This document shows positions 1-9,181 of a DNA stretch of 64,000 nucleotides, piece after piece (within the stretch, counting starts at the first letter, position 1; the number at the start of each line of letters is the position of its first letter). Source of the stretch: Eledone cirrhosa (Eukaryota); the NCBI GenBank assembly GCA_964016885.1, contig OZ024743.1:369830001-369894000 (forward strand). The letters are read 5' to 3'. The notes below the pieces were generated by a model. The model had not been told where the DNA came from. It saw nothing but the letters and a program-made list of their open reading frames with translations, and searched no databases. Both the position numbers and the translations under genes were made by a program.

Positions 1-955
1 CCTGGAGACTGGAATGTCTTCAGGCGCTCACAGCCCTCGACCAATCGGGCAATGTGATCGGTGGAAACTCCACCTTGGCGTTCTATAGAGGATTAGTGGA
101 GGGGAAGAGCGACGACGTACTTGGGGAAACTCTAGGCGTCGACGAAAATCAACTAGCCAATCTCTTCAGAAGAACTTTCGGGCCAGGGCCTATGGACAAC
201 TTCCAGAAATCTCTGACCTGGCAGTGCTACCGAGGAGCCTTGCCAGTTCGGGATAAACTCTACAGGCATGGAGGTGCCGTCAGCCGGGCATGTCCGAGAT
301 GCGCGCAGGGCGACGAAACCGTCCTGCACGCACTCGTCCAGTGTCCGAAAATTGCTGACTTGTGGGTTTATGTCGAACACCTGCTGTCACGTGTAGGAGG
401 ATCCAGCTATGAGCTGAGTCCATCGTGAGGATTGCCCCGCCCTCTTCCTTTAGCCGGGAAGGGCAGGCAGTTTTTATCTGTCTGGTGGCCATGGCGAAAG
501 AGATAGTATGGTGGACACGTTTGAAAGGGCTGAAGACGAGCACTTACCTCTTCGGTGATGCCCTGATTAACTTTTTCAAATTTCATTTGAAAAGGAAAAT
601 CAGAGTAGAGAGGGAAGTGCTCTCTTCCCAGAATTTTGTTGAAAGATGGGTGAGAGAAGCAAGAATGGCCCGAGTGAATGGGCCTACTCTGAGTATATAT
701 CTGTAAATTAAAGGTGGAAAACTGGGAGAGGGCACTTGCCTTGGTGGTCAGGGTCACTGTGGCCTTTTACTGGGCTTTCTCCACAAATGTCCCTCCGAAG
801 TCTCCCCCCTATTGGGGAATTTTTCATTGTTATTTTTTTGTTACATCCTCTGTTTTTGTATTTGACACGCAGAAATGCCCATTTGTATCGTACTGTATTG
901 TCCTGCACTGTCCTTAATGTCTACTTTATGTAAACCCTTGTGGTTAATAAAGAAA

Positions 956-957
<2 letters not shown>
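1..957 (+). mobile_element. Tx1-clade (L1 group) LINE, copy 1: 3' part of ORF2 and 3'UTR, cut by window edge
   Basis: Near-identical to 5924-6872. Encodes C-terminal CCHC (CPRC..ETVLHALVQC) and ends CCTTGTGGTTAATAAAGAAATC followed by (ATT)n. Confidence 0.9.

Positions 958-1008
<51 letters not shown>
958..1008. repeat. (TAT)n microsatellite joining Tx1 copies 1 and 2
   Basis: About 17 perfect ATT units between the 3' end of copy 1 and the 5' end of copy 2. Confidence 0.97.
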
Positions 1009-1218
1009 GGCGACCTACGTAGTAAAACGTATCATCGTGAGCTCCGCAAAGGTTTGTTATTTCCGTTTGTTAAAAATTGCCATTTATGGAAAATTTTTAT
1101 TGTTAACTATATATAAGCGCACATACATTGTTTTCCGAAAAGGACACCCAAAAAGATTGGGGCCTTGTGCCCAAAATTTAAACTTTTATGATTATCAAAA
1201 AATTTCTTTGAAAAAAAA

Positions 1219-3176
1219 ATGGCTAATTCACCACTGCACCAAGCAGCTGAAAGCCTTTCTCACAAATTAATACCTCACACCGACACCACCATTGTAAATG
1301 ATACTACGTCTGCCAACACACATAATTTAAGCACTAGCAATATTTTAAATTTGTCTCAGGCAGACATTCATTTCCCGCTATTACCAATGACTGCAGGTGT
1401 TAAAGCCCCCCCCCCCCACCACCACCACCACCACCACCGCGACAACAGAAACAAAAGGAAAAAATAAATCAACTCGTGATGTCGAAATATTTTCAACCAA
1501 AATGGACTCTCTCAACACGAACTTCACTGACGTCACCACCACCACAACTGAAACTAAAATTAATAATAACAAAAATAACGATAGCAACAACAACAACAAT
1601 GACATTAAAAAAACCACCCTGAGTTTTGCCAGAGTAGCAAAACAGTGCGAAGCATATACGGTAACTCAGGAGGAATTAGAAAATGCCAAACAAATGGTAA
1701 AGAAAGATGGGTACAGGGTCAGCCCCCCCACCACACACCTAATAAAATGGAGCATCGTCGCCTATGCACCGTGTCGTATCGAACAATAAATGTAGAATCG
1801 CGCCGAGTGGAACGGGCATCCGAGTCCCAAATCCAAAAAGCTTTGGGACATGTGTGGGCAAGAAAAACCCACATCAGTCGTAGGCAGAAGTATGGAACCG
1901 TGGACGTGTTCTTTGAAACACCAGAGGAGGCTAGAGAACACTCCATGGCCCCATTAAGAAGTGACGACTTTACACTCGTCCCAAGCTATTGTGGCCAGAG
2001 ACTCGTAAAGATCAGGGTGACCCACGTTCCACCGGCCATCGAAATTCCCTGGCTAATAGCGGCCGTCCTCGCCGGCATCGAAGCCAACACAAAAATAATA
2101 GCAATAGCAAAAGAAAAGCAGGAGAACTGGTCCGGATCTGGGATGGAGCTCGTGATCCAAGCGGACCAAAAAAGCATTGAGGAGATCCCAGAGGTAATAG
2201 ACCTCACTGACGGCAGCCACCTCACCGTAATTGTCGAGGGCAGAAGGCCTAGGTGTGTCGTTTGTGGTGAAGGAACCCACCTAAGGGCTTTCTGCCCTCA
2301 GGCTAAAAGGTTGAGGCCACCTCTCCTACCCACCCCAGTGACACAACCATCAACACCACCAGTAGCAGAGATGGCAGCAACAACTGTAGCAGCAACAACA
2401 GAAGCAACTATAACAGCATCAACCCCAGCAACAGTAGCAAAACCAACACCACCACCACCAGCAAAACCAACACCACCACCACCCAACGCTTCAGAACTAG
2501 CACCAGCGCCTACACCATCCACCACGCCACAACCAAAACTAACGCCTGTGGAGGATTTCCTACTCCCCGGCCTATCACAACTGGAGACAGATTGTGACGA
2601 CGAGGAGTGGGAAACGGTATCAGGAAAAGAAAAGAAACCAAAAAAGAAAAAATTCTCTTCCTTCCCCCTCCAAAAACAAAATACAGAGGGAAACAAATAA
2701 ATTAACAAACAAAAAAGTTAGGACAGATATGCCACCATCCACACCAGCATCACCAACCCCATCACCACAAACACCAACGCCATCACCATCATTAACCCCA
2801 ACACCACCATCACCTACACCACAAAAGTCACCAAAATGCGAAACAGAAACAAACCCACAACAAACGCAACCAAAACGATACACACTACACAGCATTAAAT
2901 TTGAACAACAAGCAATTATTACACTGCATCCAACACAGCACCAGCATCACAGACAAAGACTACACAACAACCCCAAAATTCAAACCACCTCCACACATAC
3001 AAATCACTCGCATCACACAGAAAACGTACATGACACTAAAACAAAAATTCCCCAAAGACATCGGAGACTTCCGACAAGCACTCTCCAGGAGGATTTATAA
3101 GGACATCCTTCCTGAGGAGGCCACAAGCAGTGAAAAGGATGGAAAAAAAGTCCTTCCTCTACGAGAAGTAAGGTAA
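1219..3176 (+). pseudogene. Tx1 ORF1 (nucleic-acid-binding, zinc knuckle, Pro/Thr-rich), frameshifted
   Basis: ORFs 1219-1467, 1397-1789, 1645-2700, 2594-3100 and 2901-3176 overlap in changing frames, mostly near homopolymers. CVVCGEGTHLRAFC is a CX2CX4HX4C knuckle. Confidence 0.75.
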
Positions 3177-3210
3177 GTGGTCTTTCCCATCTTTTCCACT
3201 CCTTTTCAAC

Positions 3211-6200
3211 ATGACCTCACTCAGAATAGGCAGCATAAATGCGCGTGGCTTGGGGTCGTCATGGAAGCAGGGCCACCTGCTCAACGACCTCAGGTCACTA
3301 AACATAGATGTAGTGGCCTTCAGCGAGACCAGAATCTCCGAAGCACGGGCCTTCGCACCGATCTTCGGCGGCTACGATGTGTACGCATCTCCCAGTCGTC
3401 CGGCATCGGGGGGTGTAGTTGCTGTGCTTTTTCGGAGAGGTTTGGATCTCGCCATACGGGCCATCTTCCTGGACCCAGAAGGTAAGTTGGTGGTGCTGGA
3501 CGTGACCAGCGGAGACGGGCAAGCTTTCAGGTTAGTGGCCGTCTATGCCCCGACAGGAGCAGGGCGGCCTGATTTCTTGCGGCGTCTGGAGACCTTTCTT
3601 GGAACGTCCCGCTCTTTAGTGTTAGTGGGCGACTGGAACGGGATCTTAGATGCACGCTGGGATTGTGTGGGATTAGTGGATAGGGAAGGAGGGTGCAAGA
3701 GTCTCACCAACCTGCTCAGGCGTTTTGAACTGTCTGACAGGTGCCGAATGGATTTCCCGAATGTACCGATGTGGACTTGGACAAATCGCATAGGGTCATC
3801 CAGATCATATCTAGATAGAGTATTTTGTAGGGAAATAGATAGGTCTAGCATAGGCTGTCCACAATTCAAGATAGTCAGCTACACGGACCACAAATTCGTG
3901 ATCTGTGTGCTTGACTTAGATAGGCTTCATAGACGAGGACCCGGCTACTGCAAGCTAAACGCGTCCTTACCAGCGCGCAAGGCCTACAGAGACCGGATTA
4001 GCGAACTAGTTAAGCGGGCGTTGACGGGGGCCATCGTCAACAACAAGTGGTGGTTTGCTCTGAAAAGAGCAATTAGAATAGAGTGCATTAGGTTTAGTAA
4101 GGCTTTAGCAATAGAGAAAAATAGAGCAGAGGGAGAATTAGTTAGAAAATTAGACGAGGCGCTTAGCAAAGGCATCGCGACCGACGTACTTGCGGCGAAA
4201 TTGGCCCTTGACCAATTCTTCAATGCAAAGCACGAAGGCTGCGTTGTTAGAGCTAGGGTGCGTGCTCTCAGACACGAGGGGACGAAAGCCGTTCAATGGG
4301 CCCGAGTGACGGAGGCGCGTCGTGGCAACAAAGCCACGATCCGGTCTTTGGTGGACCACGACGGGCGCATGCTACTTGATCCCGGGAAAATGTGTGAAGC
4401 TTTTCAGCGACACTTCGCTCAACTGTTCGGGGGCAGTGGCGGGCCGGATCGAGGGATGGACTTTAGTGTCTACCTCGACGGACTGCCGCGGCTTTCGGCC
4501 ACTGAGGCGGAGTGTTGCGAAAAGCCGATAACAACCGCTGAAGTACAGGAGGCAATGACTGGCTGCACAAGTGGTAAATCGCCTGGTTTGGATGGTCTGC
4601 CCTATGAACTTTACGTACAAATGCCAGACTTGTTCGGAGGCCTCTTGGCGGACGTCTACTGCAACTGGCAACAGAACGGGAGAATTCCCAGCTCTGTGAG
4701 CCGAGGAGCGGTGGCGCTGCTGAGAAAGAATCCGAACAAGGGGGATAACATAGATAATTTTAGGCCCACACCTCTGCTAAACACAGAGTTCAAGATTTTG
4801 GCCAAGGTGCTAGCAAAGAGGTTGGCGCTTGTCGTTGGTGGTCTGGTGGGAGAGGCACAGACATGCGCCATTCCCGACAGATCCATCCACGACAACCTCC
4901 ACCTCATGCGATACATCGTAGAGAGGGCAGCTAGGGAACCTGGCACGGGTGGGTCTTTGATCAATTTAGATCAGTCGAAAGCCTTAGATAGGGTCGACCA
5001 TCGTTACCTAGCGGCAGTCCTGAGGGCGGCTGGATTTGGGCCCGTCTTCAGAGGCTGGATCGCTGCCATGCACAGCGACATCTGCTCTGTAGTGAGAGTG
5101 AACGGTCACCTTTCGGAACCGTTCAACATAATGCGCTCGGTCCGCCAAGGATGTCCCCTCTCGTCCCTATTGTACGTATTGACTCTCGAGCCATTACTGC
5201 ACAAACTGGAGACGTTGAGTGGGGTCCCGCGCGAACTAGGATGCGGAAGATCCGTGTCAGCATATGCGGAAGATGTCACCGTAGTGGTGTCGAACGCCAA
5301 ACACATCGAGGCGATCGGCACTACACTAAGAGAATACGAAGCGGTGACAGGAGCAATGATCAACCAGGAAAAGTCAGTGGGCCTGCAGCTCGGCACCTGG
5401 AGAGGCAGGTCCATGCCGTCCAACAGCGTCGTCGGGCGCTGGACGGACGGACCGGTTAAATTGCTAGGGGTCTGGTTCGGTCCAGACCTCCAGACGGACA
5501 AAAACTGGGACGAGGTGACGAGCAGGATGGTTTCTCTCACCCAGAAATGGGCCGAGAGGAAGCTGTCCCTGAAAGGTCGAGCGGAGGTGGCTAACGCGTA
5601 CATCGCGTCGGTCATCTACTACCGCCTGACCGTCGTACCTTGTCCTAAGCCCCGCCTGACTGTGCTGGAGCGTTTGCTCTTTCGCTTCTTGTGGAAGGGA
5701 CGCGCTCCGATGGTCAGGCGGTCCATCTGCTGTCAACACCCGCTACGTGGAGGGTTGGGCATGCCGTGGTTGATGATGCGCAGACACGCGCTCAGGCTAC
5801 GACATCTCCACCTCTTCCTCGACGGTGACCAGGTGTGGTCGCCGTTTGCTAGACACGTATTTCCCCAGCTCGTTTCCTTGACGGAGCTGCAGTCCTGGGT
5901 CAAGCGAAGACCGAGAGGGAGCGCCTGGAGACTGGAATGTCTTCAGGCGCTCACAGCCCTCGACCAATCGGGCAATGTGATCGGTGGAAACTCCACCTCG
6001 GCGTTCTATAGAGGATTAGTGGAGGGGAAGAGCGACGACGTACTTGGGGAAACTCTAGGCGTCGACGAAAATCAACTAGCCAATCTCTTCGGAAGAACTT
6101 TCGGGCCAGGGCCTATGGACAACTTCCAGAAATCTCTGGCCTGGCAGTGCTACCGAGGAGCCTTGCCAGTTCGGGATAAACTCTACAGGCATGGAGGTGC

Positions 6201-6336
6201 CGTCAGCCGGGCATGTCCAAGATTCGCACAGGGCGACGAAACCGTCCTGCACGCACTCGTCCAGTGTCCGAGCATTGCTGACTTGTGGGTTTATGTCGAA
6301 CACCTGCTGTCACGTGTCGGACGGATCCAGCTATGA
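3211..6336 (+). CDS. Tx1 ORF2: apurinic endonuclease + reverse transcriptase + CCHC finger (probably inactive)
   Basis: SINARGL, SETR, VYAP, GDWN, YLDRV, TDH (APE); KSPGLDG, FRP, QGCPLS, YAED (RT, normally YADD). Premature TGA at 6334; the same frame continues to about 6576. Confidence 0.9.
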   Translation: MTSLRIGSINARGLGSSWKQGHLLNDLRSLNIDVVAFSETRISEARAFAPIFGGYDVYASPSRPASGGVVAVLFRRGLDLAIRAIFLDPEGKLVVLDVTSGDGQAFRLVAVYAPTGAGRPDFLRRLETFLGTSRSLVLVGDWNGILDARWDCVGLVDREGGCKSLTNLLRRFELSDRCRMDFPNVPMWTWTNRIGSSRSYLDRVFCREIDRSSIGCPQFKIVSYTDHKFVICVLDLDRLHRRGPGYCKLNASLPARKAYRDRISELVKRALTGAIVNNKWWFALKRAIRIECIRFSKALAIEKNRAEGELVRKLDEALSKGIATDVLAAKLALDQFFNAKHEGCVVRARVRALRHEGTKAVQWARVTEARRGNKATIRSLVDHDGRMLLDPGKMCEAFQRHFAQLFGGSGGPDRGMDFSVYLDGLPRLSATEAECCEKPITTAEVQEAMTGCTSGKSPGLDGLPYELYVQMPDLFGGLLADVYCNWQQNGRIPSSVSRGAVALLRKNPNKGDNIDNFRPTPLLNTEFKILAKVLAKRLALVVGGLVGEAQTCAIPDRSIHDNLHLMRYIVERAAREPGTGGSLINLDQSKALDRVDHRYLAAVLRAAGFGPVFRGWIAAMHSDICSVVRVNGHLSEPFNIMRSVRQGCPLSSLLYVLTLEPLLHKLETLSGVPRELGCGRSVSAYAEDVTVVVSNAKHIEAIGTTLREYEAVTGAMINQEKSVGLQLGTWRGRSMPSNSVVGRWTDGPVKLLGVWFGPDLQTDKNWDEVTSRMVSLTQKWAERKLSLKGRAEVANAYIASVIYYRLTVVPCPKPRLTVLERLLFRFLWKGRAPMVRRSICCQHPLRGGLGMPWLMMRRHALRLRHLHLFLDGDQVWSPFARHVFPQLVSLTELQSWVKRRPRGSAWRLECLQALTALDQSGNVIGGNSTSAFYRGLVEGKSDDVLGETLGVDENQLANLFGRTFGPGPMDNFQKSLAWQCYRGALPVRDKLYRHGGAVSRACPRFAQGDETVLHALVQCPSIADLWVYVEHLLSRVGRIQL

Positions 6337-6871
6337 GCTGAGTCCATCGTGAGGATTGCCCCGCCCTCTTCCTTTAGCCGGGAAGGGCAGGCAGTTTTTA
6401 TCTGTCTGGTGGCCATGGCGAAAGAGATAGTATGGTGGACACGTTTGAAAGGGCTGAAAACGAGCACTTACCTCTTCAGTGATACCCTGATTAACTTTTT
6501 CAAATTTCATTTGAAAAGGAAAATCAGGGTAGAGAGGGAAGTGCTTTCTTCCAGCATTTTGTTGAAAGATGGGTGAGAGAAGCAAGTATGGCCCGAATGA
6601 ATGGGCCTACTCTGAGTATGTGTCTGTAAATTAAAGGTGGGAAACTGGGAGAGGGCACTTGCCCTGGTGGTCAGGGTCACCGTGGTCTTTTAATGGGCTT
6701 TCTCCACAAATGTCCCTCGGAAGTCTCCCCCCTATTGGGGAATTTTTCTTTGTTATTTTATTACATCCTCTGTTTTTTTACACGCAGAAATGCCCATTTG
6801 TACCGTCCTGTATTGTCCTGTACTGTCCTTAATGTCTACTTTATGTAAACCCTTGTGGTTAATAAAGAAAA

Positions 6872-6872
<1 letters not shown>

Positions 6873-6917
<45 letters not shown>
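6873..6917. repeat. (TAT)n tail of Tx1 copy 2
   Basis: Perfect ATT run directly after AATAAAGAAAAC. Confidence 0.95.
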
Positions 6918-6918
<1 letters not shown>

Positions 6919-7020
6919 CGCCGAGTTTAACTTTGCCTTTCATTCTTACGGGTTCGATAAAATAAAGTACCAGTAATGCACTGGGTAATTGTTGGCCTTG
7001 TGCCAAAAGTAGAAACAATT
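6918..7020 (+). mobile_element. tRNA-derived SINE (family S1), 5'-truncated
   Basis: Matches the 3' half of the full copy at 62295-62483; embedded in (TAT)n. Confidence 0.88.
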
Positions 7021-7035
7021 ATTGTTATTATTATT

Positions 7036-7395
7036 CTGGACACACATGTGTGAAGTTGTTACAAGTCTGCGGAAGAAAGGGTTCATAATTTTAAGCTGTT
7101 TTAAAGTATAATTTTTTGTATTTTCTTGTCGATAACGAAGCATACTGTGCGCACCTTGGTTCCAAGGAGGGGAAACCTCTTAATATTTGGGCTTTAAGCC
7201 CAAATATTTCGATTTATTTTAAAAACTTCGAAAAAATCGTTTCCCCCTCCCCTACAAAAATGTCTATCGTCCACTGAATGTAAAAACAAAACACAAGAAC
7301 TACCAACACTGCAGCTACTATCACAGAAGGGAGTGGTTAACAACACTGTATCACTTCCAACCGACATCACCACCTCTACCACTACCACAACAGCT
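7036..7395 (+). mobile_element. Probable 5' end (UTR + ORF1 start) of another Tx1-like element
   Basis: Follows (TAT)n, has hairpins (AATATTTGGGCT-TTA-AGCCCAAATATT at 7182-7208) and then ACC/ACA-rich sequence, like the 5' ends of the other Tx1 copies. Organisational similarity only. Confidence 0.4.
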
Positions 7396-7418
7396 ATATA
7401 TATATATATATGTATATA

Positions 7419-7596
7419 TAATTGTTTCTACTTTTGGCACAAGGCCAGCAATTTCCCAGTGTATTACTGGTACTTTATTTTATCGACCCCGTAAGGATGA
7501 AAGGCAAAGTTAACCTCGGCGGGATTTGAACTCAGAATGGCAAGGGCCGTAACTCTATGCGTCAAAGCATGGCGTCCGACCCTCTACCGATACTGC
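7419..7596 (-). mobile_element. SINE S1, near full-length
   Basis: Reverse complement of 62295-62483; 3' end abuts (TA)n. Confidence 0.9.
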
Positions 7597-7683
7597 AATG
7601 ATTAGAAATGTAAGCTATCGCCGTATTTTGACTAAATAAATTAAAGAAATTATTTAGCCTAATAGTGGGGTTAAGAACCCTCG

Positions 7684-7747
7684 GAGAAATGGAAAAAGAT
7701 GAATATTGACGTACATGTACGTCAATACTCATCTTTTTCCATTTCTC
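7684..7747. repeat. 64-bp near-perfect palindrome
   Basis: GAGAAATGGAAAAAGATGAATATTGACGTACA|TGTACGTCAATACTCATCTTTTTCCATTTCTC, one mismatch, no spacer. Confidence 0.95.
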
Positions 7748-7768
7748 ACTTTTCAAACGTTCAATTAT

Positions 7769-7837
7769 CTGACAGGAAGGTATACGATGCTGACGATTGC
7801 TAATAAGCTTGAAACTAGTTCATTGTTCCTTTGTCAG
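7769..7837 (+). ncRNA. Candidate minimal type I hammerhead ribozyme
   Basis: CTGACGA (7790-7796), GCT-AATA-AGC stem II, GAAA (7811-7814), palindromic ACTAGT stem III, extended stem I. Confidence 0.5.
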
Positions 7838-8068
7838 TGTTGAACAAAAGGGCGATGATGGTTGCCGAACACTGTACGGCTTAATTCGGGCTCTTTATTT
7901 ACAAACAAATCGAACATTATAATAAATGTTCGGTAAACCCATACGTACATATATATATATATATATATATGTGTGCATGTATTTATATATGTACGTCTGT
8001 ATACATATATGTATGTACGTGTACATACTTCAGCCGTACTAAGAGTGAGAAACGAAATTTCAGTCTTT

Positions 8069-8110
<42 letters not shown>

Positions 8111-9171
8111 CTAGCAGAGGTACCCGGCGCTGCTCGGGTATTAAATAGCAGTTGTGTATACCATTTATGTCAATACTTCAGTGCTGCTTCCAAAACTATA
8201 CTTTTACAAAATCATCGGCTTTTTCCAAAAGAGGGTTCCTGCCCCCAGTGGTCCCCTACTCAATATGTGCCAATTCTGAGAGTTCACATTCATCTGTAGG
8301 ACAAACGTTGCCCATGTGTCAAGTTTTGTGAAAATCGGTTGCGAACTCCAGAAGTTATGACGTTTTGTTGCATTGCACTGCAGTTCTTCAATCGACTCCA
8401 AGGAAACGGTTAAAGGGGGTTATCTGCCGGGAGGCCATATAATCAATATATGGAAAAATGAAAGTGCCCATGTCCATCCGGAGTACATAAGTAACCTATG
8501 TATTAAGTTTGGTGAAAATACTGTAGAAATGCATAAGCTTTATACATACGCGCGTGCGTGCGTGCGTACGTGTGGGTGTGTATGTATTTGTGTGTGCGCA
8601 TGTATGTGTATGTCCGTCGGGGCATACGTATGTACTGGTCTAAATCTTCACTATTTACTTTTACTATTTTAATAACCTCTGTCATTTTCGTTTTCAATTT
8701 TATTTACATCATTCTTAAACTCCGGGGCTGGAAATCATTCTGTTATTTTAAATAGAATATTAGTCTAACGACTCCATTTATACTATGAACTTGGTCTTAT
8801 CTTTGCATGAAATTGTTCTTCACGCTCCAAATAACGACGTATTATCCTCGCTTTTTTCCCCCCATTCATTGCCAGGGAACGTCTTCACGAACCAAATAAC
8901 GTCTTCCTGTTTTCCTTCGGTTGCAACGTTTCTCGAAATATTTACTTCTGCGTTCACAGATTACTCTCAGTTCAATTTAAATGAGAAATTCCTGTTTCAT
9001 CGATTTTCTCCGTAACCATGGAAGCTTGTACCTTAAAAGTCGACCCAACGCCTCCTCGGGTCATTCTGCATAACTGTGTAAATTTTCGCTGCATTCCACC
9101 AAGCCGTTTCGACGTTTATCCGACTAAACCTACATATACAACGTCCGACCACTTCCAATTTATATAGTAGA
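8111..9171 (-). mobile_element. Non-autonomous Helitron
   Basis: On the minus strand: A^TCTACTATATAAA 5' end; ACCCGAGCAGCGCCGGGT hairpin followed by CTAG^T 3' end; both ends in (TA)n; no TSD. Confidence 0.85.
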
Positions 9172-9181
9172 TATATATATA

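Larger units (their letters stand above)
1009..6872 (+). mobile_element. Full-length Tx1-clade LINE, copy 2
   Basis: 5'UTR, ORF1 with gag-like knuckle, ORF2 with APE endonuclease, RT and CCHC, 3'UTR with AATAAA; (TAT)n on both sides. Confidence 0.92.

Noticed and set aside
875-1270. Poly-Leu membrane protein ORF (and similar poly-Ile, YI and CV ORFs)
   Set aside because: These are translations of microsatellites.
1219-3176. Multiple separate ORFs or programmed frameshifts in Tx1 ORF1
   Set aside because: Breaks mostly coincide with C or A homopolymers, consistent with decay or read error.
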